DNA of 64,000 bases from Batkoa obscura (Eukaryota): the NCBI GenBank assembly GCA_030770535.1, contig JASVEC010000016.1, positions 558,001 through 622,000 on the forward strand, in the 5' to 3' direction. The translations under genes were made by a program, and so were the position numbers. Shown here one piece after another: positions 37,901 through 51,042 of this stretch; within the stretch, counting starts at the first letter, position 1; every line of letters begins with the position of its first letter. Under the pieces are notes generated by a model. That model searched no databases. It saw only the letters and a program-made list of their open reading frames with translations, and was not told the origin of the DNA.

Positions 37901-39060
37901 TTAAAATTTGTAAACTTGTTCTGCAGTGTATCCAAGCTCCTTAAGATAGCCCTTGAGTTCTCCTTGAGCTTGTGGGGATGCCTTAGCCCCAGAAACGGTA
38001 TTCATTAAGCCTGGTGGTCCACACACAAATATAACAGAGTCTTTATCTTCATTGCTGGGTAGATATTTCTTAATAAGATCCTTAGTAACATAGCCCTCAG
38101 TGCCCTCAAAGCCTCTAGGTTTTTTATCTAATACATAATGTACCTTGATTTGATCAGGATGACTTTTTACTAAACTGTCAATTTCTTTCTTCAAAATAAT
38201 ATCATTTTCACTCTTATTCGCAAAGATTAAACTGACCTTTGTCTTGTCTTTAGGGTCCAATAAGATCTTACGCACTACTTGTAACATAGGTGTAATACCA
38301 GTACCACCAGCAATCATACCGATTTCATTAAGAGTGTTAGCTTTGTATAGATACTTTGGAAATGGGCCTTTAACGTCTAAAGAATCACCCTCTTTCAAGG
38401 TGAAAAGGTATGGGGTGAAAGCACCAGCTAAGAGAATAAATAACTTTTCTTAATTTATCGCTATGAAAACTTACTATCATACTTCTTGATAATGAAATCA
38501 AAGTGGCCAACGGCGCTATCATCAGAGGTAGGAGTATAAGGACGAATCACTGGTTTTTCACCTTCTTTGGCTGGTTTACGAGTAACAACACATGATGCTA
38601 CTGGTAAGTTTAATGAACCATTATTTGGAATTTCTAAACGGATTAAGCGGGTGTCATGGGTAAGGTTTTGAACTTCCTTGATTTTAAATGAAGTAAATTC
38701 AGCTGGATTTAATGGTGAGCTTTTGCTACGTTCGTCAGCTGATAAAGAAGTGGATGAGGTGGATAACTTTACTGAGTTTTGCTGTTGATAGTAGTAATAA
38801 CCTGTAAATAGTTAATCAAGTTTGTTATATATATGAGTTTATATTTTACCTGCTCCTCCTATGATGGGAATGGCAGCTAATAAAAGCTTGTTATTACCAC
38901 CAGATTGGCCACCACTGCTTGTTGAGTTCCAAGCTTTAGGAATAAGTTGGGACTACAAAGTTAAATAATTGTAACATACGATAAAAATGTGTATTACCTT
39001 AGTGAAGCTAGTGGATAATTTAGAGCTTGATTTGAGATATGTCTTTAAAAGGGCTGCCAT
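37901..39060 (-). CDS. MCR1: Mitochondrial NADH-cytochrome b5 reductase (multi-exon)
   Basis: Presequence-like MAALLKTYLKSSSKLST, hydrophobic anchor followed by GYYYY, IRPYTP, KGPFPK, IAGGTGITPMLQV, VCGPPG, QGELKG.LKELGY.AEQVYKF. Confidence 0.88.
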
Positions 39061-39463
39061 AGTTTGAATGTTATAAAAATAATCTTTAAATTTGTGATTT
39101 TTCGATTTTATAGCATGGCTGAGGCTGAAATGATACGTCATTTTTGGGAAGATTACAAATCATCAGTAAATTTATGGGACCTTTAGGCTTAAGACAATAT
39201 ACTTTTATTAAATAGAAATTCCTTTCAGGGAGGCTAAAAACCCATTGAAAATTTTACTAAAAATCTTATCCTACATCATCTCATATTTTTTGTCGCTTAT
39301 TATACTCTTAAAACCATATTTTATCTGATAAAGATTGCTCAAAATTCCAAATTTTCAAAAAAACTGGATTAACCCAAAAAGCATAATTAAGCAAAACAAA
39401 CTTTTAGTAAATTTAAGCTCAAGACCAAGATCTAAATTATAGTATTACTTTAATACATGGAGG

Positions 39464-42400
39464 ATGGTTGTAGCCAAGATTTACAACCCAACTAATGGAA
39501 TCAAAAAGGCCTTTGTGTTTAAAGTAAGGAATTTAAAATTTTAATTTAAATAAATTTAAATATGATTATTAGAGCTTAAACAAAGTACCCAAGTTACATT
39601 TTATTAACAGGAGTCAAAAGCATTTCTCGATAAACTCTAGTCGTTCGAGTGAAGCGAGCGAGGTTGGCCAACAAGGTATGTTAGATTAAGGATATTTATT
39701 GAATTTGCTTAACTTAATCTCTAGTTCCGATGAATCACGCAGGGATACAATTACTATCGCCTAGCTTAAGAGGAAAAGTGTTTGGTGAAACAAAACAAGT
39801 TTCGCAGAATGGGTTTTTTGACGAGTTATCTAAAGACCACTTAACAAAACACAATATTTATGATAAAAGAAAAGAAGATATAAAAAGTCCAATTGATTTT
39901 GATGTACCAAAATTAAATGGTAAAAATATAGGAGAGCATTTTTATAACATTGGAAAAAATATAGCGGAACCTTATCTTTCTATAACTAAACAGTTTGCAA
40001 CGGATAATTTACCAGAAAAACCACAAACGTGGTCGGCAGTTGGTGGTTGGACACGCTATAATGTGGATGGAACTTTTTATAAAGTGAAATATCCAACCGA
40101 GCCAATAGCCGTATTTGATGTTGAAGTTTTACCAAAGATAAGCCCATATCCAGTGATGGCATGTGCAGTTACAAAAAAAGCATGGTATTCATGGACGTCG
40201 CCTAGTCTAGCGAATTTTATTGATGGTACAGATAGCGAGCCAGTTATTGAAAACCATTTGATACCTTGGAATAATGAAGAAAAACAGGTTATTGTTGCTC
40301 ACAATGCATCTTATGATAGGGCAAGATTAAGGCCAGAGTATAACCTTGTTGAATCAAATATTGCGTTTATTGATACAATGAGTTTACATGTAGCGGTTGG
40401 TGGATTAAGTAGTAATCAAAGACAGAAATGGATTAAGTATGACAAGGCAATAGCGAACGAAGATGAGGAGATCTTAGATAAAGAAAATCTAACTAGTAAG
40501 TTTTACAACGTTAGCAGCATAAATAGTTTACAAGCAGTTGCACAACTGTATTGTAAAATCAAAATCAATAAAGATGAAAGAGACATCTTTGTTAAAGGCG
40601 ATTATAGCGATGTTAAAACTAACTTTATGGATTTGATGGATTACTGTTCTAGTGATGTAGCAGCCACATTTGAAGTGTTTAAAGAGGTTTTACCAAAGTA
40701 TTTAAAAAAATGTCCTCATCCAGTTTCATTTGCGGGTATTTTGATTATGGGAAAAACTTTTTTACCATGCAATGAGAGATGGCTTAAATATTTATATGAT
40801 TGTGAACAACTATATCAAAAATTATCGACTGAAGTTGAAGATCGATTAGTTGACCTTGCTGAGCAAGCGCTTTCACATGAAGACCCTACAAATGATCCAT
40901 GGCTCGGTAGATTGGATTGGACTACACAATCATTGAAAATGACCAAGCCAAAGTATCGAAAAGATGGTACCTATGCTAAAAATGGGGAGCCGAGGCCGTA
41001 CGCTAATCAAATTTTACCAGGAAAACCAGAGTGGTATAAAGCATGTTATGATAACAAAGAAAAGAAATTAAAGATTACAATAAGGGGTAGACTGGCGCCT
41101 TACTTACTAAGACTTAAATGGTCTGGTCATCCTATTTATTATTCAAAAACACATGGATGGACATATTATGCAAAAAAGGAAGAAGATGATAATAAGGCTA
41201 TGCCTCTCTTCTTCCCAGATGATATAAATGATCCCGATTATGAGCCTTTCCCTAAAGAGATAGAAAATAAAGCAAAATTTTATAAGATTCCACACAAAGA
41301 TGGCGACGATAATCGATGTGGAAATCCATTATCTAAAAGCTATACATCGGCACTCGAAAAGGGGATATTGTCTTCTGAATACCCATTAGCAAAGGAAGCA
41401 TTGACAATGAATACACAATGTGCTTATTGGATATCTTCAAGGGAGAGGGTGAATAACCAATTTGTTGTTTGGCAGGAAGGAGAAGTTAATTTGAATATCA
41501 AAAAGAGAGGGGAAGGCACAAAAGATGGAATCATACTCCCACAGATGACTACTATGGGTACAGTAACACGCAGGGCAGTTGAAGCAACATGGATGACAGC
41601 TAGTAATGCTAAAAAGAATAGGATTGGTTCAGAGTTAAAAAGCATGATTCAGGCACCAAAAGGGTATTGCTTAATTGGCGCAGATGTTGATTCTGAAGAA
41701 CTATGGATCTCAAGTTTGATTGGAGATGCCCAGTTTCGTAATCATGGAGCCACTGCTTTCGGATGGATGACCCTACAGGGGTCAAAATCGGATGGTACAG
41801 ATATGCATTCCAAAACGGCGTCTATTTTAGGGATTGGGCGTGGTGAAGCTAAAGTGTTTAATTATGGAAGAATTTACGGTGCTGGGGTTAACTTTGCAAT
41901 ACAACTCTTAATGCAGTTTAACCCAAGTATGGATCGACAAACAGCCAAGGAGAGAGCTACTCAGCTTTATGAGGCTACCAAAGGGGGTAAAGAAAGGACA
42001 CGTAAGTTCAATTCAAAACAGTTCTGGTATGGTGGGAGTGAAAGCTATATGTTCAATAGATTAGAGGAGATAGCTACCAGTACAGACCCACGTACGCCTA
42101 TTTTAAATTGCGGTATACCCAATGCGCTTTTACCTAAAAGCGTGGGCGATGGATATATGACATCGAGGGTTAATTGGGTTGTACAATCATCAGGAGTAGA
42201 TTATTTGCATCTGCTGTTGGTCTCTATGAAGTACTTGATAAAGAAATATTCCATTAATGCACGATTTATGATATCCGTACACGACGAAATTCGCTATCTA
42301 GTAGATGAAAAGGACGCTTATCGTGCTGCTTTAGCATTACAAATATCCAACCTTTGGACACGAGCCATGTTTGCATATAGGTTGGGAATCAATGACCTTC

Positions 42401-43029
42401 CTCAATCAGTGGCATTTTTTTCAGGTGTGGATATCGATCATGTACTTAGAAAAGAAGTAGATTTAGATTGCGTTACACCATCAAACCCGATACCTATCCC
42501 CCCAGGAAAATGCCTTACCTTTGAGGATCTGGCTGAGAATACTAATAATTATTCGTTTGCTTCTAAAGACGTATCAGATGCTCTGTTGTTATACGATGAT
42601 ACTATCTATGATACAACTGAAGTTGATAGTTTGAAAGATGTTAATTTGTCTAAATTAACTAATCCTATTTCTTTTAATGAAAGTGATAACAAATACCTAA
42701 AGGCACAAAATTGTTCAGATATTGAGGAAATTGAGGAAATCTATTCAAATAATAAATCGAAATCAACTAATAATATGAAATTTCATACAACTAAATCAAA
42801 CTCATATCCAAATAAAATTACAAAATCAGCGTCACATTCTAGTTTGAATTATGGATTCAATAGTAGCGAATCCAAGGATAGCAATGGTAGTTTAAATACT
42901 ACAACTACATATATTAAACATACATCTGAGCTTGGTCAGCTTATCTATAATGTTTCAAAAGGTAAATGCTGGAATAGAAGTTCAAATAATAGATTTCCTA
43001 CCTTTACTAACCATACGAAGTCAAATTAA
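39464..43029 (+). CDS. MIP1: Mitochondrial DNA polymerase gamma catalytic subunit
   Basis: Two short 5' exons from ATG 39464 splice in frame into ORF 39730. Exonuclease motifs VFDVEV, HNASYDRAR, FIDTMSLH. Polymerase motifs GADVDSEELW, AKVFNYGRIYGAG, SVHDEIRY. Confidence 0.95.
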
Positions 43030-43246
43030 GTTATTTATTATATAGAATTAATAAAATAAGTTATTTTATTATACATTTAATTTTATGGCATTTTAAACAC
43101 GATTTAGTAGCCTTTTATTTTCTTGTACTTTATAATATTTCAATTTTTATAAAGTCGTTGTTTGTACTATTTGTTAAATAATAGCTTAGGATTATTCTAA
43201 GAAAAGCACATAACAGTGATAATCAGTTTATTTCTTTTATTTTTGT

Positions 43247-45080
43247 TTACATACGATCTAATGGAGTTAAACCAAGTAATCTCATAGCATTGCCTAAAGT
43301 TATCTTAGCTGCGTTAAACAAGACTAAACGTGGGTTAGCTAACTCTTCAGGTTGATTCATTACCCAAAGTTGTTCTAAACAAGTAGAGATACTTCTAGAT
43401 AAGCCAAATGCATAATGAACTACGGAACAAGGCTCAAATCCAGCAACTGTGCCTTTAACAATATCTGGGTATTGTGAAATCATATCCACTAATTCACTGG
43501 CACACTCTTCTTTTAAGGTATCTAATGGATGGTCTAAATTAATTTCACGGTTTGCTTTACGGATTACAGAGGACAAACGGGAATGAGCATATTGTAAGTA
43601 AGGTCCGGTATCACCTTCAAAAGATACCATCTGGCTCATATTAAATTCATAATTTCTAATTCTACGGGCTGAAAGATCTTGTACGACTACGGCAGAGATA
43701 CCAATAATATCCGCTACCTCTTCTGGGCTTTCGATTTGAGCGTATTTATGTTCATTCTTTTTCATTACGCCATGCATGGTATCTTTGGCTTCTTGTAAAA
43801 TATCGTCTAAGAATACGACATTACCTTTGCGTGTTGACATACCAGTAACTAAACCATAGTTAATATGGTGGCACTTTTTGACCCAATCCAATTCGAGTAA
43901 TTCTAAGATCTTAAATAATTGCTTAAAGTGAAGATCTTGCTGAGAGGCGACGATATAATACATCTCATCAAAGTTATAAGTCTCATAACGCTGAATAGCT
44001 GCTCCGATATCACGAGTAATGTATAGAGTAGTACCATCTGATTTCCTTACTACTACTTTACCAAGTTTAAATTTCTCTAAATCAATGATTTGGGCACCTT
44101 TAGATTCAACTAATAAGCCTTTCTCTTCAAGTAATTTGTTGGCTCTTTGCATATATTCATTAACTTGAGATTCCCCAGAATAAACATCAAAGTTGATATT
44201 TAATCGAGCGTATGTTTGCTTATATTTTTCAATACTCAAGTTACGGAATCTAGACCATAATTTGAGTACTTCTTCATCCCCATCTTCTATCTTTTTAAAA
44301 TAAGCACGTGCTTGGTCATGGATTGTGTCATCATTTTCAGCATCTGCCTAATAAAAACAATGTCATTCTTGTTTATTATCATTTGACTAATAAAAATTAC
44401 ATTAATTTTAACATAAACTTCAAAAAGGTGGCCAATAGGATCAGCTTCTAACTTTTCTTCAGAGCCATATAAACCAAACCCAAGGGCTAATAAACCTATA
44501 AAGGAATAAATGTTAAGTTATTAACAATGTAACCTAATATGGCTTACCATACTGTTTACCCCAGTCTCCTAAGTAGTTCATTGTAGTTGTTTCATATCCA
44601 TTGGCGGTATGGGCCTTAGCAATAAAATTACCAATAATTGTTGAGCGTAAATGACCAGCATGGAAAGGTTTAGCAATATTTGGACTAGAGAATTCGACCA
44701 AAATCTTTTTACCATTACCACTAGTGTTTACACCATATTTTTCGCCACTTTTTACCACTTCTTTCAATAATAAATCTCTTAACAGGTCACGGTTGATCTT
44801 AATATTTAAAAATATACCAGCGGCTGACGCAGATTTAATGTAATCATTTGATTGAATCTAACTATTAACAAATATGGTACAATATTATAATCATTACCTT
44901 TTCAGCATATTCTTTAGCAAATTGAGCTGGGTTGCCTTTAAGTCTAAGTCTAGGGATGGCCAACGCAACATCACCATGTTCTGGGTTCTTTGGGGCTTCG
45001 AATATAGTTAATAAGGTTTCTACAGGAACCCCACTAAATTCTGATACTTGCTTTGCAATCTCTTGTTTAAATGAATCCAT
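43247..45080 (-). CDS. RRS1: Arginyl-tRNA synthetase (4 exons)
   Basis: [23 protein letters not shown] (HIGH), [33 protein letters not shown]-terminus LGLTPLDRM. Confidence 0.95.
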
Positions 45081-46904
45081 TTGATCAATCAGTGTAAGCT
45101 AACTTTGGTTAGTTATTGTTTTTATAGTTAAATTGAACCAATTAAATTGCGAAGTTCAAGAATTTATAAAATGAGTCAAAGTGTAAAAAAAGTTGTTGCA
45201 GGGATAAAAAGAGTCTTATAAGATGAATGATATGATATAGTTGTACGCAGTAAATCTATAATGACTCAAACGATGTTATTCACAATGAGTTATGATTTTA
45301 TAAATTGAGCTTCATAGCCTACCATATAGTAAGATGAGTATATTTTTATTGAGTTAATAAGCTGTCAAATAAATTAAATATCAAAGTTTAAAAAGATAAG
45401 AATAGTCAAGGGAATAAACATCTGTATATTAGATCAATAAAGTTAAAGAAATTGATATTTATCTTTTTATGACCTTTATAAATAAAGCACTTGAATGCCT
45501 TTGAGTCTTTGATATTTTAAGCTAAAGCATTTATTACTGTTATCAAAAGTTAATAATTAATGGATTTAGTTTTATTTAGTCCAATAAATGCATTCTTATA
45601 TTATAGACTGATCTATTTTTTAATTAAGTCTGTTATAATAGATAACAAAAATATAGTAACTCAATCGTTAATTTTAATGTACTCATCAGTTTAAATATTT
45701 AAACTTCTATAATTTGAAAACTATAATCAAAAAGCCTTTAAAAGTAAGGTAAATGTCTTAACTACAACTTATTAGATAAAATTGTATTCTAATAGCTCTT
45801 TATTCATCTTGAATTTGCTTTAAATTTAGTTAATATAATAAGCTAACGCTGATTTGTTTCTTGATATCCTTACTAACTTTAATAATCATTTGTAATTTTG
45901 ATTGTTTAATTTGTTTAAGCAATAGTATATAGAACTATTCTATATATTAATCATATCAATGGTTTAATTCCAAAAATTAAGCAAATAATTTCCTTTCATT
46001 CTTATATTCCTTCTAATCATAAAACATAAATTTTTATTACCTCTCAGGTAGTCCAAAATTCTTTGCATCATTAATGATGTTAGTTATTGATATTTTAATT
46101 CGTGAGTATTTAATTTTAAAATAGTTTGGTATATGACTTATCACATAAAAGTTATTATATTGTAAGAACTAATGAATTTATTTGATGCTATTTAATTTGT
46201 TACAAATAAAGCCAAAAAGCAAATTTTACAAGTCGTCCACACAGAGTGTAACGTTTAATATTAATCTATGTCCCTTATCAGCTCTATTGATTGAATTTTG
46301 ATTTTTTTGAAGTATTTCATAGCTTTATAATAAAACATAAATAAAAGCTAAAAGAGAATTGATAAAAGAGGCAGCGGAAATAGGATACTTTACCTTTTAA
46401 TGATTTTAGATATAACAAAATTGTTTTTAAATTATGTAGTTACAAATTCACATTTTATAAGCCCTCATAAAAACTTTTTTAAACTGTTTTTGAAAGTTAC
46501 TGCTATAATGTTTTACTGTTATAATAATATTGTGCTATCATTATAATATTCGTGAGTTTCCAAATAATTTATACTTGCGTTTTAAATTAAAAAATCGTCC
46601 CCTATACACAAGCTAAGCTAGGTACATATTATAATGACTGTATAAAAATATTCAACTATACGATTTTGTAAAATAAATTATCAAAGTATATGGTACAGGT
46701 TAAAATTTTCTTAAATAGCTTTATTATGCTACTACAGGTGTTGGTACCCAAACTAACATTAAATTAATGAGCTTTGTAAATAAAGGACTAAGTTCAAGTT
46801 GCGTTACTGTTGAAAACAGTGTAACTTAAGTCGGCTAAAAAATAAAGATTTAATTACTGATATTTGGTTACTTTTATTTATTATAAATTTAAATTCCTCA
46901 TAAA

Positions 46905-47245
46905 ATGTCTGCTTTAGATAGATTTATATATGGTTACCAAAGTGAAACTGTAAATCATTTTTCTAGTGGCATATATTATCTCTTGCATAATTGCGTTGTT
47001 AATTGTTTTGGCTTTAAGAGCAATCAAAAAATTAAACCTAGATCCTTTTGTTTATTCATTTTTATAATAGTAGCTGATTTATTTTCTAACATCTTCCAAA
47101 TTACACCCGTACATTCCTATACAAACTTAACGTGTCTTACATCAACATCAGGATTTGTATTTGTCATTTTAGTATTTTTATTATATATAATATCTATTGC
47201 ATTAAATTTAGTATAAACTATAGTTTTTAAACTCTAATGTAGTTT
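46905..47245 (+). pseudogene. Truncated, frameshifted paralog of the 7TM gene at 51043
   Basis: VNHFSSG matches VNHFSNG. An alternative frame gives IISCIIALLIVLALRAIKKLN vs TIFCTIALLLALTLRVVNKKLN. SIALNLV*TIVFKL*C aligns with SVALNLVLTIIFKIYC. Homology stops where repeat family B begins. Confidence 0.8.
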
Positions 47246-47317
47246 TGAAATATAGTACTCAGTAATTGGAGTCAATAGCAGCTATTGCCTAGTTGACTAT
47301 ACTGTAAGTCAAAAGGC

Positions 47318-47845
47318 CTTAGTTACATAAACTAAGACCTTTTGACTCCAAATGCTGAGTACCAAATTTCATACCCAGCTAATCTTATAAAAATAATTAA
47401 AAATTTAAGTTTTAATATTTACTAAATATTTTATTAAATAATAAAAATAATTTATTAAACATTAATATTATTTGAGTTATTAGTAGCTAAGTTAATAAAT
47501 AGTTAAAAAGCAAATGATTATAATGATAAATAGAAATTATTACTATAACACTGCTTATATTATATAAAGATGGTTAATTATAATTTTAAAGCTAACTATT
47601 CCTTTCTATATAGTTATTTATTAATCTGATAATATAGTAACAATCTGACTATAGTATTAAAATAATTATTATATAGGTAAATTAATAAAGCTTTTTAAGT
47701 AAAAAGTTTTAATTTTTTTAATTTATTTATTTATTTAGTAATAAGTATATGGTGTGAAATCTGGTACTCAGTGTTTGGAGTCAAGAACAGCTATTGGTGG
47801 GTTGACTACACTATAAGTCGAAAGGTCTTAGTTTATGTGACTAAG
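47318..47845. mobile_element. Putative ~530-bp TIR element (family B), preceded by an extra terminal fragment at ~47247-47323
   Basis: Left end CTTAGTTACATAAACTAAGACCTTTTGACT...GAGTACCAAATTTCATACC is an imperfect reverse complement of the right end GGTGTGAAATCTGGTACTCAG...AGTCGAAAGGTCTTAGTTTATGTGACTAAG. The interior is AT-rich and non-coding. Confidence 0.6.
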
Positions 47846-48218
47846 ATAGACTTGGATTATGAAGAATAGCACGTAATAGGTTACAAGCTATATAAGACAA
47901 ATAGAATAGACAATACTAATGTAAAATCTACGTAAAATACTATTAAGAAAACCTAGTGGCTTTATTAAATGTTCGAGATATCAAAGAATAACTCAGTTAA
48001 AAAGCCTTGGACTACTATACTCTGTAAACTCTTTTATACTCTGAAAAGTATAAATATCAAAATGAGAAGATAATATTCTTTGGGATGGAGCTAGAAATTC
48101 TTATAGCAAATCAAACTAAGAACGTGGGATTGATTTTCTTTGAACTCAAGAACACAACAGCTTAGGCGATTGTTATGCTATAATTAACCATGGGACTGAC
48201 AAAGCGATATTTCACAAT

Positions 48219-48316
48219 GGGGATGTATTTTTGTATTTAAGAGTTTCACTAACAATTTTTCCACTTAAATAGCGCTTAAAAGATGGAAAAAACAATGAAG
48301 CCAAAAAAACACCCTC
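48219..48316 (+). mobile_element. MITE family A, copy 12
   Basis: GGGGATGT...ACACCCTC termini. Flanks CAAT/ATAT, so the TSD is not intact. Confidence 0.85.
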
Positions 48317-48405
48317 ATATAATATTAGTTGTAAGATAGTTGACAATAAATGTTTTTTAATAAAGTTTTATAAAAACGTGTATTTATTTATATACATATA
48401 TATAT

Positions 48406-48706
48406 GGAGATGTACTTTTGTATTTAAGAATTTCATTAGCAACCTTTTCACTCAAATAGTGCTTAAAAAATGGAAAAAAGTAATGAAACCAAAAGATCAC
48501 CATATGGAGCTGTTTTTTTTGGTTTCATTATTTTTCCATTTTTTAAGCACTATTTGAGTGGAAAGATTGTAGTAAAATTCTTGAACAAAAAAACACATCC
48601 CCATATGGGAGATGTTTTTTTTGGCTTCATTACTTTTTCCATCTTTTAAGCGCTATTTAAGTGGAAAAATTGTTAGTAAAACTCTTAAATACAAAAATAC
48701 ATCTTC
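48406..48706. mobile_element. MITE family A, copies 13-15 stacked (48406-48501 +, 48506-48602 -, 48607-48706 -)
   Basis: Three full units separated by exactly ATAT. Outer flanks ATAT and ATGT. Confidence 0.88.
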
Positions 48707-48811
48707 ATGTCTTCTTTATTAAGATTATTTCAAAATTAAATCAAAAACTAAAAAAAATTCTTTATAGATTCTTTATTAATAAAGTTCTATTAATTAAAAT
48801 TTTTACAATAT

Positions 48812-48909
48812 GGGGATGTTTTTTTTGGTTTCATCACTCTTTCTATCTTTTAAGCCCTATTTGAGCGGAAAAATTATTAATAAATTGTTAAACACAAAAA
48901 TATACCCCC
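48812..48909 (-). mobile_element. MITE family A, copy 16
   Basis: GGGGATGT...ATACCCCC termini, TSD ATAT/ATAT. Confidence 0.85.
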
Positions 48910-51042
48910 ATATACTATTTAGATTATATTTTACAGAATTACTTACAGTAACTATCAGTACTAACTTACATATTATTGCATGTTAGATTTTTATTACAAT
49001 TTTTTAAAATTGTTATGTGCATTTATTTTTTAACAAGGAGTTTATTTTTAGAAAGTCCAGACCAAAGTTTTATACAAATATTTAAAATCAGGCTTTATTT
49101 CGATGTCAATTTATTATGTAACTTGTTTAGAATTTTATACTTAATTTGATAAAAGATAAGACCAACTCGAACGTCCCTATACAAAATTCAAATTTGAATT
49201 GAGAGTTGATTTGAATTTCAATTGAAGCAACCTTTGAAAACTCCTGCAATTGAAAATAACAGAATTTTAAACAAAATTTTGTATGCTTAACTAAACTAAA
49301 ACAGAAATGCTTTTAAAAGTAATGCTTTTAAATTTAGTTGGTTTTTTGATATTAAAGATACTTTTTACAGTAAAAAGAATTTATGCGTATGAGTATGTTT
49401 ACCAAAACCTTTACAATGACAATGATATTGGAGAAGCTTAAGCACCAGTTAGAGTTAGTTCAGTTTTTAGCTTTATGGTATCTTAGTAGCAAAAACGTTA
49501 CTTTTACACCTTTAATTTATAAGCTTTAATTTATAAGCTTTAATTTAAGCAAAAACATTTGATATTATTAGTTTTATTATTTTATTAGAATTACATTAAA
49601 AAATAAAATTAACTTAAGTTGATTTTTTAGATTTAACGATTTAATAGTGCTTTTATCTAAATTATTTGGACAGATTTTACTGGTAAAGATTTATAACTCA
49701 AAAATTGTGATATTATTGCTTATTTGGTTTATATTTCATCGCTTGGGTTATTCATTACTTGTTATTCATTACTCTTGATATGATTTATTTTTTTACTTAT
49801 AACAAATAACCAATAAACGCCATTACAGTTCTAAAAAATTGAGCTTCGTGGTGGACTAGCTGACTTTGTGACAATATCCCTGAGTGCAATTCATTCAGGG
49901 CTTTACTAGAGTTTCAAATAAGGTGCTTTAAAGAAGTATTTAGGGTCAAATTGAAGTTAAATGTACTTATTGCATTTATAAATGATCTTTAGTTTACCAT
50001 TATAAATTTCAACATAATGAATAGCAAAAAAAAAGAACAAATTCAAAAAAAAATGGACTACTTCCAAAACTCAATTCTAAGCCAAGCTTATTTTTACTAA
50101 AAATTTAAGATACAAAAAACATTAAACTAACATTGTATGAAAAACAATCTGTATAAACAAGTATTAAAAAACTTAAAGTAAAAACTTAATTGAAACTTAA
50201 CATTCCTTTATTTCTTTTGGATATTAGGTCAAATTTTTATCAAAAATTAAGTTAAGCTTTAGCTTAAAGTCGGAGTTGAAAAATAGCCCAATTTTTGTAG
50301 AAAATTTAAGCTAGTTTGAAATCGAACTGACAGTTTTAAAAATCCTTTGATTTTATTGGTTGATTTAAAATCAAACTAGAAGCAGTCCAACTTTTTGTAA
50401 GTTTCTCCAATTTTTTGCTATTGTAAAAGCAAAAAGAGTAGACATTTTTACATAAGCTTGTGCAGTCAGTATTTTGATTTTGATCAAAGCTGTTTCTATT
50501 TCTCATAAAAGCATATTCAGAAAAGATGTCAAAAATATAGAACTTGAAATATATATAAAATAGAACTAACTGTTCATCAATAAAATAAGTTTTTAAATTT
50601 TGATTATAAGTTTCTATTGTTATTCGTGATTAATTATTAATCCCCTATTTAATTTGATCCTAATTTTTTTGTCATATAATACTGAATCGTCTATCTTGTA
50701 TTTAAATAATTATAATATCTACTATTATATTTTTTATCCAAAAATAATCCCTTCCATGGTCACGAAATATGTCAATGTTACAGTATTTAAAAGAATTTGA
50801 AATTTAATTTTATGAGATGAATACTTAATAGTAACAAGATGAATTTCGATTTGATAAATACAGTTGTTATAGAATAAAATATAAGGTTATTTAGCCCGCT
50901 TTTAATTAATGAACTTATTGAATAAAGAACCGGATTTTACTAGAACTATGTAAAAAGGGTATAAATAGAACATATTCAATATAAAGTAGAGCTTATTATT
51001 TATTTTTACTATTAACCACTACAATACTGTTTTACCTGTCAA

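Noticed and set aside
45081..45250. Upstream exon giving ArgRS a mitochondrial presequence (CTAAC...TTAG acceptor-like signal at ~45099-45113 on the minus strand)
   Set aside because: No convincing donor site or in-frame upstream ATG found; needs RNA data.
47850..48215. Slightly GC-richer stretch as a transposase or reverse transcriptase relic
   Set aside because: No recognisable motif in the frames I could read; a translated search would be needed.
48219..48909. Clustered repeats as a CRISPR-like array
   Set aside because: Units are ~97 bp, in mixed orientation, with TIRs and TSDs, no regular unique spacers and no cas genes, in a eukaryotic context.
49878..49910. Hairpin CCCTGAGTG-CAATT-CATTCAGGG followed by CTAG as a Helitron 3' end
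   Set aside because: The spacer is only 5 nt, CTAG is followed by A rather than T, and no second copy or 5' end is visible.
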